From contig NZ_JBCNLU010000023.1 of assembly GCF_039595295.1 (NCBI RefSeq), positions 2,665-66,664 of the forward strand: DNA of 64,000 bases, written 5' to 3'. The translations under genes were made by a program, and so were the position numbers. The notes under the pieces were generated by a model, which did not search any database, had not been told where the DNA came from, and worked only from the letters and a program-made list of their open reading frames with translations. This document shows, one piece after another, positions 48,352 to 58,953 of this stretch (the first letter of the stretch is position 1; each line of letters starts with the position of its first letter). This DNA comes from Roseateles sp. (GTDB lineage Bacteria; Pseudomonadota; Gammaproteobacteria; Burkholderiales; Burkholderiaceae_C).

Positions 48352-48594
48352 ATGGAACTCAAGATCGTCGTCTACTCCAAGTCCGCCTGCCCGCAATGCG
48401 ACACGGCGAAGATGCTGCTCAAGTCGCGCGGCATGCCCTTCCAGGAGATCCTGATCGACGACGAGGCCGAGCGCCTCGCCTTCTACGAAAAGTGCGGCCC
48501 GGCCGTGCGCCAGATGCCGCAGGTCTTCATCAACGACCAGCGCGTCGGCGGCGTTACCGGCCTGCAAGCCGCGCTCAAGCAGCTCGGCCGCTGA
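48352..48594 (+). CDS. Glutaredoxin
   Basis: VYSKSACPQC; QMPQVFIND..VGG. Confidence 0.9.
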   Translation: MELKIVVYSKSACPQCDTAKMLLKSRGMPFQEILIDDEAERLAFYEKCGPAVRQMPQVFINDQRVGGVTGLQAALKQLGR

Positions 48595-48617
48595 ACCCCG
48601 CTGAGCGCTCACTAGCC

Positions 48618-49001
48618 TCAGCGCTCGTACAGCTCCAGCGGCAAACCGTCCGGATCGGCGAAGAACACGAAGCGCTTGCCGGTGAGCTCGTCCACCCGGA
48701 CTGGCTCCACCCCGATGCCCTGCGCCTCCAGCGCCGACTTGCATGCGGCCACGTCGTCCACGACGAAGGCCAGATGCCGCAGCCCGCGCGCCTCCGGATA
48801 CGAGGGCCGCGCCGGCGGATCCGGGAAGCTGAACAGCTCGATCTGCGTACCGTCGGGCAGCGCCAGGTCCAGCTTGTGGGAGCGCCGCGCCTCGCGGTAG
48901 GTCTCCGCGATCACGCGCAGCCCCAGCACCTCGACGTAGAAGCGCCGCGAGCGCCCATAGTCCGCGCAGATGATCGCCGCATGGTGCATGCCCCGCAGCA
49001 T
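48618..49001 (-). CDS. VOC/glyoxalase-family protein (YaeR-like)
   Basis: HHAAIIC.DY..S..FY, IELFSFP.PP.RPS.PEA.GLRHLAF, FFADPDGLPLELYE; start may be 49016. Confidence 0.9.
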   Translation of the reverse strand: MLRGMHHAAIICADYGRSRRFYVEVLGLRVIAETYREARRSHKLDLALPDGTQIELFSFPDPPARPSYPEARGLRHLAFVVDDVAACKSALEAQGIGVEPVRVDELTGKRFVFFADPDGLPLELYER

Positions 49002-49087
49002 CGTTCCGGTCTCCATTCGATGGCTCTCCCACTGCCTGCCGCCGGGCCTCGACGCCTCCGGCCATGACTCCACTGCCTCGCGCCTGA

Positions 49088-51589
49088 TCAGCGCCCTGCA
49101 CGCAGCGTCTGCCGCAACGCCTCCACGTCGACCGGCTTGACCATGTGCTCGTCGAAGCCGGCCGCGCGCGTCTTCTCCCGGTCCTGTTCCTGGCCCCAGC
49201 CCGTCAGCGCGATCAGGCGCGGATGGCCGATCTCCGGCGCCATGTCGCGCAGGCGCCGCGCGACCTCATGCCCGTCCATGTCCGGCATGCCGATGTCCAG
49301 CAGCACCGCGTCCGGACGCAACACCCGCACCGTCGTCAGCGCCGTCGCCCCGTCGTAGGCCACCTCGACCTCCGCGCCCATCAGCCGCAGCAGCTCCGCC
49401 GTCGTGTCGGCCGCATCGCGGTTGTCGTCGACCAGCAGCAGCCGCGCGGACAGCGGCGCGTCGTCCAGCGCGGTCTCGCGTTCGACCACCTCGGGCGCCG
49501 CGATCTCCGGCAGACGCAGCTGGAATCGGCTGCCCAGCCCCAGCCCCTCGCTCGCCGCGCTGAGCTGGCCGCCATGCAGCCGCGCCAGCGTCTGCGCCAG
49601 GCTCAGCCCGATGCCCAGCCCGCCCTGCGAGCGGCTGTGCGAGCGGTCCAGCTGCGAGAACAGCTCGAACAGCCGAGGCAATTGCTCCGCCGCGATGCCG
49701 ATGCCGTTGTCGGTGACGGTGAGCACGGCTTCGCCGCCCTCGCGCGACAGGCTGACGTCAATCAGCCCGCCCGCGTCGGTGTAGCGCGCCGCGTTGTTGA
49801 GCAGATTCACCAGCAGCTGCGTCAGCCGCACCGGATCGCCGCGCACCCAGGGCGCCGGACCGTCGAAGCGCAGCGTCAGCCGATGGCGCTCGCGATCGAT
49901 CAGCGGGCGGCTGCTCTCGACCGCCGCATCGACGATGTCGCGCAGGCTGACCGCCTCGTGCCGCAGCGTGATCAGGCCGCGGCTGATGCGCGAAACCTCG
50001 ATCAGGTCGTCGACCAGTCGCACCATGTGGTTGACTTGGCGCTCCATCAGCTCGCGGATGTCAGCGAAGCGCCCCTCCCGATCGGCTGCGCCGAGCAGGT
50101 GCACCGCGTTGCGGATGGGGGCCAGCGGATTGCGCAGCTCATGCGCCAGCGTGGCCAGGAACTCGTCCTTGCGGCGGTCCGAGCGCAGCAGCCGCTCTTC
50201 GCGGTCCTGCAGCGCGCGTTCGCCGCGGGCGCGCTCCACCGCCACTCGCGTGCGATGCGCCACCTCGCGGATCAGGCCGATGTCATCGGCGCTCCAGGCG
50301 CGCGGGTGATCGTCGTGCACGAACAGCAGCGCCACCAGCCGGCCCTGCTCCACCACCGGGACGTTGACCAGCGTTCGCACGCTCACCTCGTCGAAGCGCT
50401 CGCGGTGATCGCGGGTGAGCGGATCTTCGTGGACATCGGCGATCGCGACCACCTCGTCGCGCTTGAGCACGTCCACGAAGTCGCCGTAGTCGCGCAGCCG
50501 GTGCTCGCCGGACACGCTCGCGCCGGCGCCGCGCACCCAGTCGCGGTCGATGCGCACGACCTCGGCCTCGTGATCGACGCTGCAGTAGCCGGCGCGGCTG
50601 GCGCCCAGCATCATTCCCAGCATCTGGGCCGACGCATGACCGATCGCGCCGGGATCGCGGACCTCGCGCAGCCGCTCGCTCAGGCCGGCCATCGCGGCGC
50701 GGCGCTGCTCGCCGCGCACCCGCGCGGTCACGTCCACGCCCTCGACGAAGATGTGCGTCACCGCGCCGCTGTCGTCGCGGATCGGCTGATAGACGAAATC
50801 CAGGAAATGCTCTTCCGGCTGCCCGCCGGTATCGGCCGAGAACAGCGCCGATTGCGCCGTGTAGGCGCGGCCCGTCTCGTAGACCGAATCGAGCAGCTTC
50901 ACGTAGCCCTGTGCGGCAGCGTCGGGCAGGGCCTCCGATACGGTGCGGCCCAGCAGGTCGCGCCCGCCGACCAGGCGCTGATACGCCGGGTTGAGGCTCT
51001 CGAAGCGGTGCTCGGGGCCGGCCAGCACGGCCATGAAGCTGGGGGCCTGCTCGAAGAGCTGCATCAGCCGCTCCCGCTCGCCGCGCACGCGGCGCTCGGC
51101 GGCGACCTTGGCGGTGGTCTCCACCACGATGGCCATCACGCCCGCCGGATGCCCCTGGTCATCGAGCATCGGGGAGTAATCGAGGTTCAGCCAGGCCGAT
51201 TCGGCGCGGCCGTGGCGATCCAACACCAGTTCCTGATCCTCGTAATGCAGCGTGCCGCCGGCCAGCCCGACTTTCATGACATGGGCGTTGAAGTCGGCCA
51301 CCTCGGGCCACCCCTCAAGGACGTTGCTGCCCAGCAGCCGCGGATGCCGCGTGCCGGCGAAGACGCCGTAGGCGTCGTTGTAGATCATGACGCCGCTGGG
51401 GCCCCAGAGCATCACGATCGGCACCTGCGAGCGCAGCATCAGCGCGGTGGCGTGGCGGATGTGCTCCGGCCAGCCGGCCAGCGGGCCCAGCGGCGTGCGG
51501 CTCCAGTCCAGCGCGGCGATCAGGCGGGCCATCTCGCCGCCGCCGGAGAGGAAGGCAGGCTGGGCGCTTGCGTCGGAAGAGTCGGCCAC
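49088..51589 (-). CDS. Hybrid sensor kinase PAS-PAS-GAF-HisKA-HATPase-REC
   Basis: DWSRTPLG; PAS motifs; KDEFLATLAHELRNPLAP; NLLNNAARYT, DNGIG, GLGIGL; LLVDDN, LLDIGMP. Confidence 0.92.
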   Translation of the reverse strand: MADSSDASAQPAFLSGGGEMARLIAALDWSRTPLGPLAGWPEHIRHATALMLRSQVPIVMLWGPSGVMIYNDAYGVFAGTRHPRLLGSNVLEGWPEVADFNAHVMKVGLAGGTLHYEDQELVLDRHGRAESAWLNLDYSPMLDDQGHPAGVMAIVVETTAKVAAERRVRGERERLMQLFEQAPSFMAVLAGPEHRFESLNPAYQRLVGGRDLLGRTVSEALPDAAAQGYVKLLDSVYETGRAYTAQSALFSADTGGQPEEHFLDFVYQPIRDDSGAVTHIFVEGVDVTARVRGEQRRAAMAGLSERLREVRDPGAIGHASAQMLGMMLGASRAGYCSVDHEAEVVRIDRDWVRGAGASVSGEHRLRDYGDFVDVLKRDEVVAIADVHEDPLTRDHRERFDEVSVRTLVNVPVVEQGRLVALLFVHDDHPRAWSADDIGLIREVAHRTRVAVERARGERALQDREERLLRSDRRKDEFLATLAHELRNPLAPIRNAVHLLGAADREGRFADIRELMERQVNHMVRLVDDLIEVSRISRGLITLRHEAVSLRDIVDAAVESSRPLIDRERHRLTLRFDGPAPWVRGDPVRLTQLLVNLLNNAARYTDAGGLIDVSLSREGGEAVLTVTDNGIGIAAEQLPRLFELFSQLDRSHSRSQGGLGIGLSLAQTLARLHGGQLSAASEGLGLGSRFQLRLPEIAAPEVVERETALDDAPLSARLLLVDDNRDAADTTAELLRLMGAEVEVAYDGATALTTVRVLRPDAVLLDIGMPDMDGHEVARRLRDMAPEIGHPRLIALTGWGQEQDREKTRAAGFDEHMVKPVDVEALRQTLRAGR

Positions 51590-51651
51590 GGAGGCTCCGC
51601 GAATCGAGGATCCGCGAGTATCCGTCCTGGCGCGGGTCCGGCCCGCCGGTG

Positions 51652-52176
51652 TCAATCCGCGGCGGAGGCGGTCGGGGCCGAGTCGATGTCGCCGAGACCG
51701 CCGACGTAGCGATAGGCGGGGTAGCCGGATGTCGCGCCGGCTTCCAGGTCCAGCTGATACGCGTGGACGTGGACCGCCTCGCCGCCGTCTTCGAACTGGC
51801 AATGGCCGCCGACGGTCGCGCCCGCGGCGTTGCGGCGCTCGATGTCCTCGGCGTCGTCGTGCATGTCGGCGTTGACCCAGACGTACTCCAGCCCTTCGCC
51901 ACCACGCGCGGCGGCTGTCGAGCGCACCGCATGGCCGCGCAGCATCGGCGTCATCAGCGCGACACAGCGGTCCATCTGCGCGGTCTCCTCAGGCGACAGC
52001 TGGGGGCCGCGATAGGCGACGCCCACATCGGGCGCGACGGACATGCCGCCCAGGCTCAGCTCCGGCGCTTCGGAGCAGCCGCCCAGCAGACCGGCACCCG
52101 CGCCGGCCAGCAGCGCCGCTCCGGCGAAGCGGACGACAGAGGCGAGCGGGCGGTGGTGCGGATGGCGTTGGGACAT
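51652..52176 (-). CDS. Hypothetical lipoprotein
   Basis: CAGGA RBS; lipobox LGGC; coding-like codon usage. Confidence 0.6.
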   Translation of the reverse strand: MSQRHPHHRPLASVVRFAGAALLAGAGAGLLGGCSEAPELSLGGMSVAPDVGVAYRGPQLSPEETAQMDRCVALMTPMLRGHAVRSTAAARGGEGLEYVWVNADMHDDAEDIERRNAAGATVGGHCQFEDGGEAVHVHAYQLDLEAGATSGYPAYRYVGGLGDIDSAPTASAAD

Positions 52177-52289
52177 GGGGACTTCCTGAATCAAGGCGTG
52201 ACCGTACCGGACGGGGCGACATCGCGCTGGCTCGGGGTTGTTGGGCGCAAGGCGCACGCGTTGAGTGCGCGTGTCGGAGTGCGTCAGCT

Positions 52290-52319
52290 TTGACAACGCA
52301 ATTTACGGGAGGGTAAGAA
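52290..52319 (+). promoter_or_regulatory. Possible sigma70 promoter of the efflux operon
   Basis: TTGACA at 52290, TAAGAA 18 bp downstream. Confidence 0.3.
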
Positions 52320-52351
52320 GCGCTGCCTGCGCCTCATGCATCATTCGCACA

Positions 52352-53908
52352 ATGACTCCTGCATCTTTACCGGGCCGTGCCGCGCGCGCTCCGGCGCTCA
52401 CCGCGCTGCTGCTGAGCCTGGCGCTTGCCGGTTGCGTGAACCTCGCCCCTGACTACACCCGACCCGCGCCCGCCGTGCCGCGGGCCGACGCCTCGACAAC
52501 GAACATCGCGACCGATCCGGCAAGGCCTGGCACCTCGGCGCTCAGTGCGTCCGATGCCGCTCAGGTGCTGCCGGACTGGCGTGCCGTGTTCCTTGACGAG
52601 CGCCTGCGCGGTACGGTCGAGCTCGCGCTGCGGGAGAACCGCGATCTGCGCATCGCGGCCCTGCAGATCGAACAGGCCCGCGCCGTCTTCCGCCAGACCG
52701 ACGCCCAGCGCCTGCCCGCGCTGAACGCCTCGGCCGGCGCGAGCCGCTCGGGCACCGCTGGCGCGGTGACGCAGCAAGTCTCGCTGCAGCTCGCGCTGTC
52801 CAGTTACGAGCTCGACTTCTTCGGTCGCGTGCGCAATCTGAGCGACTCGGCCGCGCAGGCGCTGTTCTCGCGCGAGGAGTCGCGGCGCAGCACGCAGATC
52901 AGCCTGGTCTCCGAGACCGCCGCCGCCTGGCTCACCTGGGCCGCCGACCTGGAGCGCCAGCGGCTCGCGCAGGAGACCCTCGCCAGCCGTGAACGCAGCC
53001 TCGCGCTGACGCGCCGCCGGCATGAGCTGGGCGCTATCTCGGGCCTGGTGCTCTCGCAGGCCGAGACCGCCGTCGAGAGCGCTCGCGCCGAGACCGTCGT
53101 CTGGCCGACCACGCTGGCGCAGGATCGCCACGCGCTGGAGCTGCTGCTCGGCGCCGCGTTGCCGGCATCGCTGGAGCCGCGCGCGGCGGACGCCTCGGGC
53201 ACGCTGAGCCAGCTCGTGGAATTGCCCGCCGGCGTGCCGTCCTCGGTGCTGCAGCGCCGTCCCGACGTGCTGGCCGCCGAGCACGCGCTGATCGCATCCC
53301 ACGCCGACATCGGCGCCGCGCGCGCCGCCCGCTTCCCGAGCATCAGCCTGACGGCTTCGGCCGGCACGGGCAGCCGCGCGCTGTCGGGATTGTTTGATGC
53401 GGGCTCGGGGAGCTGGAGCTTCGGCCCGTCGGTGTCGCTGCCGATCTTCGACGGCGGATCGCGTGCCGCGGCGGTGCGGCAAGCCGAGGCCAGCCGTGAC
53501 ATCGCGCTCGCGACCTACGACAAGACCATCCAGACAGCGTTCCGCGAGGTCGCCGATGCCTTGGCCGAGCGCGCCACGCTGGCGGACCGGCTGGCGGCGC
53601 AGCGCGCGCTGCTGGCCGCGACCGAACGTCAGCTGCGGCTGGCCGAGGCGCAGTACCGCGTCGGCAGCACGACGCAGCTGGACTTGCTGGATGCGCAGCG
53701 CTCGCTGCTGAGCGCGCAGCAGTCGCTGATCGCGTTGCGGCTGAGCGAGCTGCTCAACCGGGTGACGCTCTACAAGGTGCTGGGCGGCGGCTGGCAGGAC
53801 ATCGCGACCGCCGTGGCCGCTGCGCCGACGACCGCCGCGACGACGACCGCGCCGAACGCCGCGACCACCGTCGCGCCGAAGGCGGCGACGAACGCGGCGA
53901 CGAACTGA
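52352..53908 (+). CDS. Outer-membrane efflux factor (TolC/NodT/OprM-type lipoprotein)
   Basis: Lipobox LAGC; NRDLRIA, SYELDFFGRV, RRPDVLAAE, LPIFDGG, LYKVLGGGW. Confidence 0.93.
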   Translation: MTPASLPGRAARAPALTALLLSLALAGCVNLAPDYTRPAPAVPRADASTTNIATDPARPGTSALSASDAAQVLPDWRAVFLDERLRGTVELALRENRDLRIAALQIEQARAVFRQTDAQRLPALNASAGASRSGTAGAVTQQVSLQLALSSYELDFFGRVRNLSDSAAQALFSREESRRSTQISLVSETAAAWLTWAADLERQRLAQETLASRERSLALTRRRHELGAISGLVLSQAETAVESARAETVVWPTTLAQDRHALELLLGAALPASLEPRAADASGTLSQLVELPAGVPSSVLQRRPDVLAAEHALIASHADIGAARAARFPSISLTASAGTGSRALSGLFDAGSGSWSFGPSVSLPIFDGGSRAAAVRQAEASRDIALATYDKTIQTAFREVADALAERATLADRLAAQRALLAATERQLRLAEAQYRVGSTTQLDLLDAQRSLLSAQQSLIALRLSELLNRVTLYKVLGGGWQDIATAVAAAPTTAATTTAPNAATTVAPKAATNAATN

Positions 53909-53927
53909 ACGATTCGAGGGAGATCCG

Positions 53928-55130
53928 ATGAAGAAGTGGTTGAAGCCCGGCCGGCTGGCGCTGGTCGCGGTGATCGTCATCGCCGCGGTGATCGCCGCGC
54001 GGGCGATCTGGTTCCGTCCGCCGCCCCCGCCGCAGGTCACGACCGCGGCCGTCGAGCGCGGCGACATCGAAGATTCGGTGCTGGCCACCGGCACGATCAA
54101 CGCCTACAAGCTGGTGAGCGTCGGCGCCCGCGCCACCGGCGAGGTGAAGCGCTTGGCCGTGGCGCTCGGCGACAAGGTCAAGGAAGGCCAGCTGATTGCC
54201 GAGATCGACGCCCTCACTCAGCAGAACGCCTTGCGCGACGCGCAGGCCTCGCTGCGCAGCGCCGAGGCGCTGCTCGCGTCGCGCAAGGCGACGCTGGCGC
54301 AGGCCGAGCTCAGCGCCAAGCGCCAGCGCGCGCTGGAAGCCGCCGACGCCGGCGCCCGCGCCGATCTGGAGACCGCCGAGGCGGCGCTCAACACCGCGCG
54401 CGCCGATGTCGACTCGCAGGCCGCGATGGTCGCGCAGTCCCGCATCAACGTGGACACGGCGCAGGTGAACCTGGGTTACGCCCGCGTGGTCGCGCCGATG
54501 GACGGCACGGTCGTGGCCATCGTGACCGAGCAGGGGCAGACGGTGAACGCGGCGCAGACGGCGCCGACCATCATCAAGCTGGCGCGCCTGGACACGATGA
54601 CCATCAAGGCCAAGATCTCCGAGGCCGACGTGCCGCGAGTGAAACCCGGCATGCCGGTGTACTTCGCGCTGCTGGGCTCGCCGGACCGCCGCATCGAGGC
54701 CTCGCTGCGCGCGGTCGAGCCGGGCGACACGACGCTGGCGGACACCAGCGCCACCAGCACTACCAGCGCCTCGACCAGCAGCACCAGCGCGATCTACTAC
54801 AACGGCATCTTCGACGTGCCCAATCCCGACGGCACGCTGCGCATCAACATGACCGCGCAGACGACCATCGTGTTGGCGCGCGCCAAGGGCGTGCTGACGC
54901 TGCCCTCGACCGCGCTGGGCAAGAAGGACCCCAAGGGCCAGTACGCGGTGCGCGTGCTCGCCGCCGACGGCCGCATCGAGGACCGGCTGGTCCGCGTCGG
55001 CATGAACAACCGCGTGCGCGCCGAGGTGCTGGACGGTCTGCGTGAGGGCGAGCGCGTCGTCACCAGCCAGGCCACGGCCGGCGCCGCCAACGCGCAGATG
55101 GGCCAGCGCCGCGGCCCGCCTCCGGGCTGA
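53928..55130 (+). CDS. macA: MacA-type periplasmic adaptor
   Basis: N-terminal TM; RGDIEDSVLATG, VVAPMDGTV..GQTVNAAQTAPTI, ISEADV, GMTAQ-like NMTAQ. Confidence 0.88.
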   Translation: MKKWLKPGRLALVAVIVIAAVIAARAIWFRPPPPPQVTTAAVERGDIEDSVLATGTINAYKLVSVGARATGEVKRLAVALGDKVKEGQLIAEIDALTQQNALRDAQASLRSAEALLASRKATLAQAELSAKRQRALEAADAGARADLETAEAALNTARADVDSQAAMVAQSRINVDTAQVNLGYARVVAPMDGTVVAIVTEQGQTVNAAQTAPTIIKLARLDTMTIKAKISEADVPRVKPGMPVYFALLGSPDRRIEASLRAVEPGDTTLADTSATSTTSASTSSTSAIYYNGIFDVPNPDGTLRINMTAQTTIVLARAKGVLTLPSTALGKKDPKGQYAVRVLAADGRIEDRLVRVGMNNRVRAEVLDGLREGERVVTSQATAGAANAQMGQRRGPPPG

Positions 55131-55133
55131 GCG

Positions 55134-57101
55134 ATGGCGGCACTGCTTGAACTGCGCGGCCTGGTCCGCGAATTCCCTGCCGGTGAAGGCGTGGTCGCCG
55201 TGCTGCGCGACGTCGACCTGACGATCGAGGCCGGCGAGATGGTCGCCATCATCGGCCCGTCGGGTTCCGGCAAGTCGACGCTGATGAACATCCTGGGCTG
55301 CCTGGACCGGCCCACGCGCGGCAGCTACCGCGTCGCCGGCCAGGAGACCGGCGCGATGGGGCCCGACGAACTCGCCCGCCTGCGGCGCGAGCACTTCGGA
55401 TTCATCTTCCAGCGCTACCAGCTGCTCGGCGACCTCGACGCTATCGGCAACGTGGAGATCCCGGCGATCTACGCGGGCTCGGCGGCGGAGCGCCGTCATG
55501 AGCGCGCGCGTCAGCTGCTGGGCCGGTTGGGCCTGGACGAGCGTCTGCATCACCGGCCGGGTCAGCTGTCCGGCGGTCAGCAGCAGCGCGTGTCGATCGC
55601 GCGGGCGCTGATGAACGGCGGCGACGTGATCCTGGCCGACGAGCCGACCGGCGCGCTCGATCAGGCCAGCGGGCGCGAGGTGATGAAGATCCTCGAGGAG
55701 CTGCATGCCGACGGGCACACCATCATCCTCGTGACCCACGACGCGCAGGTCGCGGCGCACGCGCAGCGCGTGATCGAGATCAGCGACGGGCGCATCGTCG
55801 CGGACCGTCGGCGGCCCGACGCGACGCCGCCGGCCACGCTGGCCAAGCCGGAAACGGCGGCCGCGGGCACCGGCCTGATCGCGGGCTGGGCGGCGGTGCT
55901 GGGGCGGGTGGGCGAGGCCACGCGCATGGCGCTGCGCGCGATGGCGGCGCACCGGCTGCGCACGCTCCTGACGATGCTGGGCATCATCATCGGCATCGCC
56001 TCGGTGGTGTCGGTGGTGGGACTGGGGCAAGGCACGCGCGAGAAGGTGCTGGCCGACATCAGCGCCATGGGCACCAACACCATCGACATCATGCCGGGCG
56101 AGGGCTTCGGCGACCGACGCGCGGCGGCGGTGCGCACCTTGCGCGCGGCAGATGCGACCGCGCTGTCGCAGCTGGAGTACGTGGACAGCGTGACGCCGTC
56201 GGTGAGCGTCAGCGCGGGGCTGCGCTATCGCAACGTGGACGTCAGCGCCTCCATCACCGGCGTGGGCGAGCAGTTCTTCCGCGTGCGCGGCTACGAGTTC
56301 GCGCAGGGCCAGGCCTTCAATGCGGAATCGGTGCGGCTGCAGGAGCAGGTCGCGGTGATCGACGACAACGCGCGCAAGACGCTGTTCCCCAACGGGGAGG
56401 CGGCGCTGGGCGAGGTGATCCTGCTGGGCACGGTGCCGGTGCGCATCGTCGGCGTGACCGCGAAGAAGGAGAGCGCCTTCGGCAATGACGAGTCCAACAG
56501 CATCTGGCTGCCCTACACGACGGCGATGAGCCGGCTCACCGGCCAGGACTATCTGGCGCGGGTGACGGTGCGGGTCAGCGACGCGGTGCCCAACGCGGCG
56601 GCGGAGGAGGGGGTGCGCGCCTTGCTGACGCACCGGCATGGGAAGACCGACTTCTTCATGATGAACACCGACAGCATCCGCAAGACGGTGGAGCAGACGA
56701 CGGGGACGATCACGCTGCTGATCTCGTCGATCGCGCTGATTTCGCTGGTCGTGGGCGGGATCGGGGTGATGAACATCATGCTGGTGTCGGTGACCGAGCG
56801 CACCGGCGAGATCGGCGTGCGCATGGCCGTGGGCGCGCGCCAGGGCGACATCCTGCGGCAGTTCCTGATCGAGGCCGTGCTGGTCTGCCTGATCGGCGGC
56901 GGGCTGGGCGTGGCGCTGGCGGTCGGCGCGAGCCTGCTGGTCGACCACTTCGCGGCGGGGACGGGCTTCCGCATGGTCATCTCGACGACGGCGATCGCGG
57001 GCGCGTTCTGCGTGTCGTCGCTGATCGGCGTGGTCTTCGGGTTCCTGCCAGCGCGCAATGCGGCAAGGCTGGATCCGGTGGAGGCCTTGGCCAGGCCTTG
57101 A
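55134..57101 (+). CDS. macB: MacB-type ABC transporter (ATPase + permease)
   Basis: [29 protein letters not shown]; [12 protein letters not shown]; [26 protein letters not shown]. Confidence 0.93.
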   Translation: MAALLELRGLVREFPAGEGVVAVLRDVDLTIEAGEMVAIIGPSGSGKSTLMNILGCLDRPTRGSYRVAGQETGAMGPDELARLRREHFGFIFQRYQLLGDLDAIGNVEIPAIYAGSAAERRHERARQLLGRLGLDERLHHRPGQLSGGQQQRVSIARALMNGGDVILADEPTGALDQASGREVMKILEELHADGHTIILVTHDAQVAAHAQRVIEISDGRIVADRRRPDATPPATLAKPETAAAGTGLIAGWAAVLGRVGEATRMALRAMAAHRLRTLLTMLGIIIGIASVVSVVGLGQGTREKVLADISAMGTNTIDIMPGEGFGDRRAAAVRTLRAADATALSQLEYVDSVTPSVSVSAGLRYRNVDVSASITGVGEQFFRVRGYEFAQGQAFNAESVRLQEQVAVIDDNARKTLFPNGEAALGEVILLGTVPVRIVGVTAKKESAFGNDESNSIWLPYTTAMSRLTGQDYLARVTVRVSDAVPNAAAEEGVRALLTHRHGKTDFFMMNTDSIRKTVEQTTGTITLLISSIALISLVVGGIGVMNIMLVSVTERTGEIGVRMAVGARQGDILRQFLIEAVLVCLIGGGLGVALAVGASLLVDHFAAGTGFRMVISTTAIAGAFCVSSLIGVVFGFLPARNAARLDPVEALARP

Positions 57102-57135
57102 GGTCGGGTGGCACGGAGCGGGCGTCGGACCTGGC

Positions 57136-57174
57136 GCCCGAACCCGGTGCCCGAACTCTGTGCCCGAACCCGGT
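57136..57174. repeat. 13-bp tandem repeat GCCCGAACCCGGT, 3 copies (middle copy variant)
   Basis: Read directly. Confidence 0.7.
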
Positions 57175-57354
57175 GCCGTGCGGGGCCAGGTCTTGCTGGG
57201 GCGGACGGTGATCGGGTTGGCGAATCGGTTCCCCGGGCTGTCGGGCGGCCAAGCAGTTCGTCATCGTGCGGATGCAATTCGTCGGAGGCGGGGAGCGAGG
57301 GGGTGTGGCGCCTCTAGACTCCGCTCCCATCTGAAACCAACGAGGGAGTCCCCC

Positions 57355-57552
57355 ATGATCATCCGTACTGCTGCCGTGATGCTGGCTGTCGCTGCCACCG
57401 CCCTGACCACGGGTTGCGTGATCGCGCCGAATTCGAGCGAGACCAACGCGCAGCGCGCCGAGGATGTCCGCAAGATGAGCGAGCAGGCCACCACGACCTG
57501 CGGCGCCGGCTTCGTCAAGGAAGTGAACGCGAAGAGCTTCACCTGCAAGTGA
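57355..57552 (+). CDS. Small lipoprotein (65 aa)
   Basis: GAGGGAG RBS; lipobox LTTGC; two further Cys (TTTCG, SFTCK). Confidence 0.75.
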   Translation: MIIRTAAVMLAVAATALTTGCVIAPNSSETNAQRAEDVRKMSEQATTTCGAGFVKEVNAKSFTCK

Positions 57553-57586
57553 GGGGCGGCTTCCAGCTCGCCTGAACGCTCGGTCC

Positions 57587-57701
57587 ACCCCCTCGCCCGC
57601 TTGCGGGAGAGGGCAGGGGAGAGGGTCTTCGGGCTCTTGGTCGCGTGGCCTTCGAAGAGAAGACCCTCTCCCCCACCCTCTCCCGCAAGCGGGAGAGGGG
57701 G
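57587..57701. repeat. Inverted pair of REP-like palindromic elements
   Basis: 57587-57629 and 57660-57701 are near-perfect reverse complements around a 30-bp spacer; core CCC(T/G)C(T/G)CCCGC-TT-GCGGGAGAGGG; a third partial copy lies near 57715-57740. Confidence 0.85.
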
Positions 57702-57870
57702 CAAGACGGCGGCACCGCAGGCGGGAGAGGGAGCAAGAGGGCGAGGGAGCAATCCGGCCACGGTCAAGGGGCATCTGTCCAGCACTCGCCCTCCGAAATG
57801 GCGCAGGGCTGACGAGGCGATACCGACTGCGCGATCATCGCGACTCGTCCACCGAGTCAGGATTCGCGCC

Positions 57871-58923
57871 ATGTCGACCGCCGCTCCCTTCGCCCCCTTC
57901 TTCCTCGGTACTCGCCTGCCGCTGATCCAGGCGCCCATGGCCGGCGTCCAAGGCGCTCGACTCGCCGTCGCCGTGAGCGAAGCCGGCGGCCTCGGCTCGC
58001 TTCCCGCGGCCATGCTCTCTCCGGACCAGCTCCGCACCGAGCTCCAAGCCCTGCGCGACGACACGACCAAGCCCTTCAACGTCAACTTCTTCGCCCACAC
58101 GCCCCCGGTGCCCGACGACGCCCGCGAGGCCCGTTGGCGTGACCGCCTCGGCCCCTACTACGCCGAGTTCGGCATCGACCCCACGCAGATCAAGCCGGGG
58201 CCCGGCCGCGCGCCGTTCTCCCCCGAAATCGCCGATCTGGTCGAGCCCTTCGCCCCTCCCGTGGTCAGCTTCCACTTCGGCCTGCCGCCCGCGGACCTGA
58301 TCGCCCGCGTCAAGGGCTGGGGCAGCAAGGTGCTGGGCAATGCGACCACGGTCGACGAGGCCCTCTGGCTGGAACAGCACGGCGCGGACGCGATCATCGC
58401 CCAGGGCTGGGAGGCGGGCGGTCATCGCGGCCACTTCCTCAGCCACGACCTGACGCGTCAGCCGGGCACCTTCGCGCTGCTGCCGCAGATCGTGCGTGCC
58501 GTGAAGGTGCCGGTGATCGCGGCCGGCGGCATCGCCGATGTCTGCGGCATTCGCGCGGCGCTCGCGCTCGGCGCGTCGGCGGTGCAACTGGGCACCGCCT
58601 TCCTGTTGGCGGAGGAGGCCACCACCAGCGCTCATCATCGTGCGGCGTTGCGCGAACCGGCCGGTCGGCACACGGCGGTGACCAACCTTTTCACCGGTCG
58701 TCCGGCGCGCGGCATTGTCAACCGCCTCATGCGCGAGATCGGTCCGCTGAGCGAGGACGCGCCCGAGTTTCCGCTGGCGACGGCCGGTCTTGCGCCGTTG
58801 CGCGCGAAGGTCGAATCGCAGGGCAGCGGCGAGTTCTCGTCGATGTGGGCCGGCCAGAACTTCTCCGCCGTGCGCGAAGCGCCGGCCGCGACCATCGTCG
58901 CGGAGCTGTCCGTGGCGTTCTGA
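57871..58923 (+). CDS. Nitronate monooxygenase family (2-nitropropane dioxygenase-like)
   Basis: PLIQAPMAG, GGLGSL, FNVNFF, SFHFG, QGWEAGGH, IAAGGI, VQLGTAF, FTGRPARG. Confidence 0.92.
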   Translation: MSTAAPFAPFFLGTRLPLIQAPMAGVQGARLAVAVSEAGGLGSLPAAMLSPDQLRTELQALRDDTTKPFNVNFFAHTPPVPDDAREARWRDRLGPYYAEFGIDPTQIKPGPGRAPFSPEIADLVEPFAPPVVSFHFGLPPADLIARVKGWGSKVLGNATTVDEALWLEQHGADAIIAQGWEAGGHRGHFLSHDLTRQPGTFALLPQIVRAVKVPVIAAGGIADVCGIRAALALGASAVQLGTAFLLAEEATTSAHHRAALREPAGRHTAVTNLFTGRPARGIVNRLMREIGPLSEDAPEFPLATAGLAPLRAKVESQGSGEFSSMWAGQNFSAVREAPAATIVAELSVAF

Positions 58924-58953
58924 AGCGCGCGCGCTATCCCGTGCCGGAGCCCG

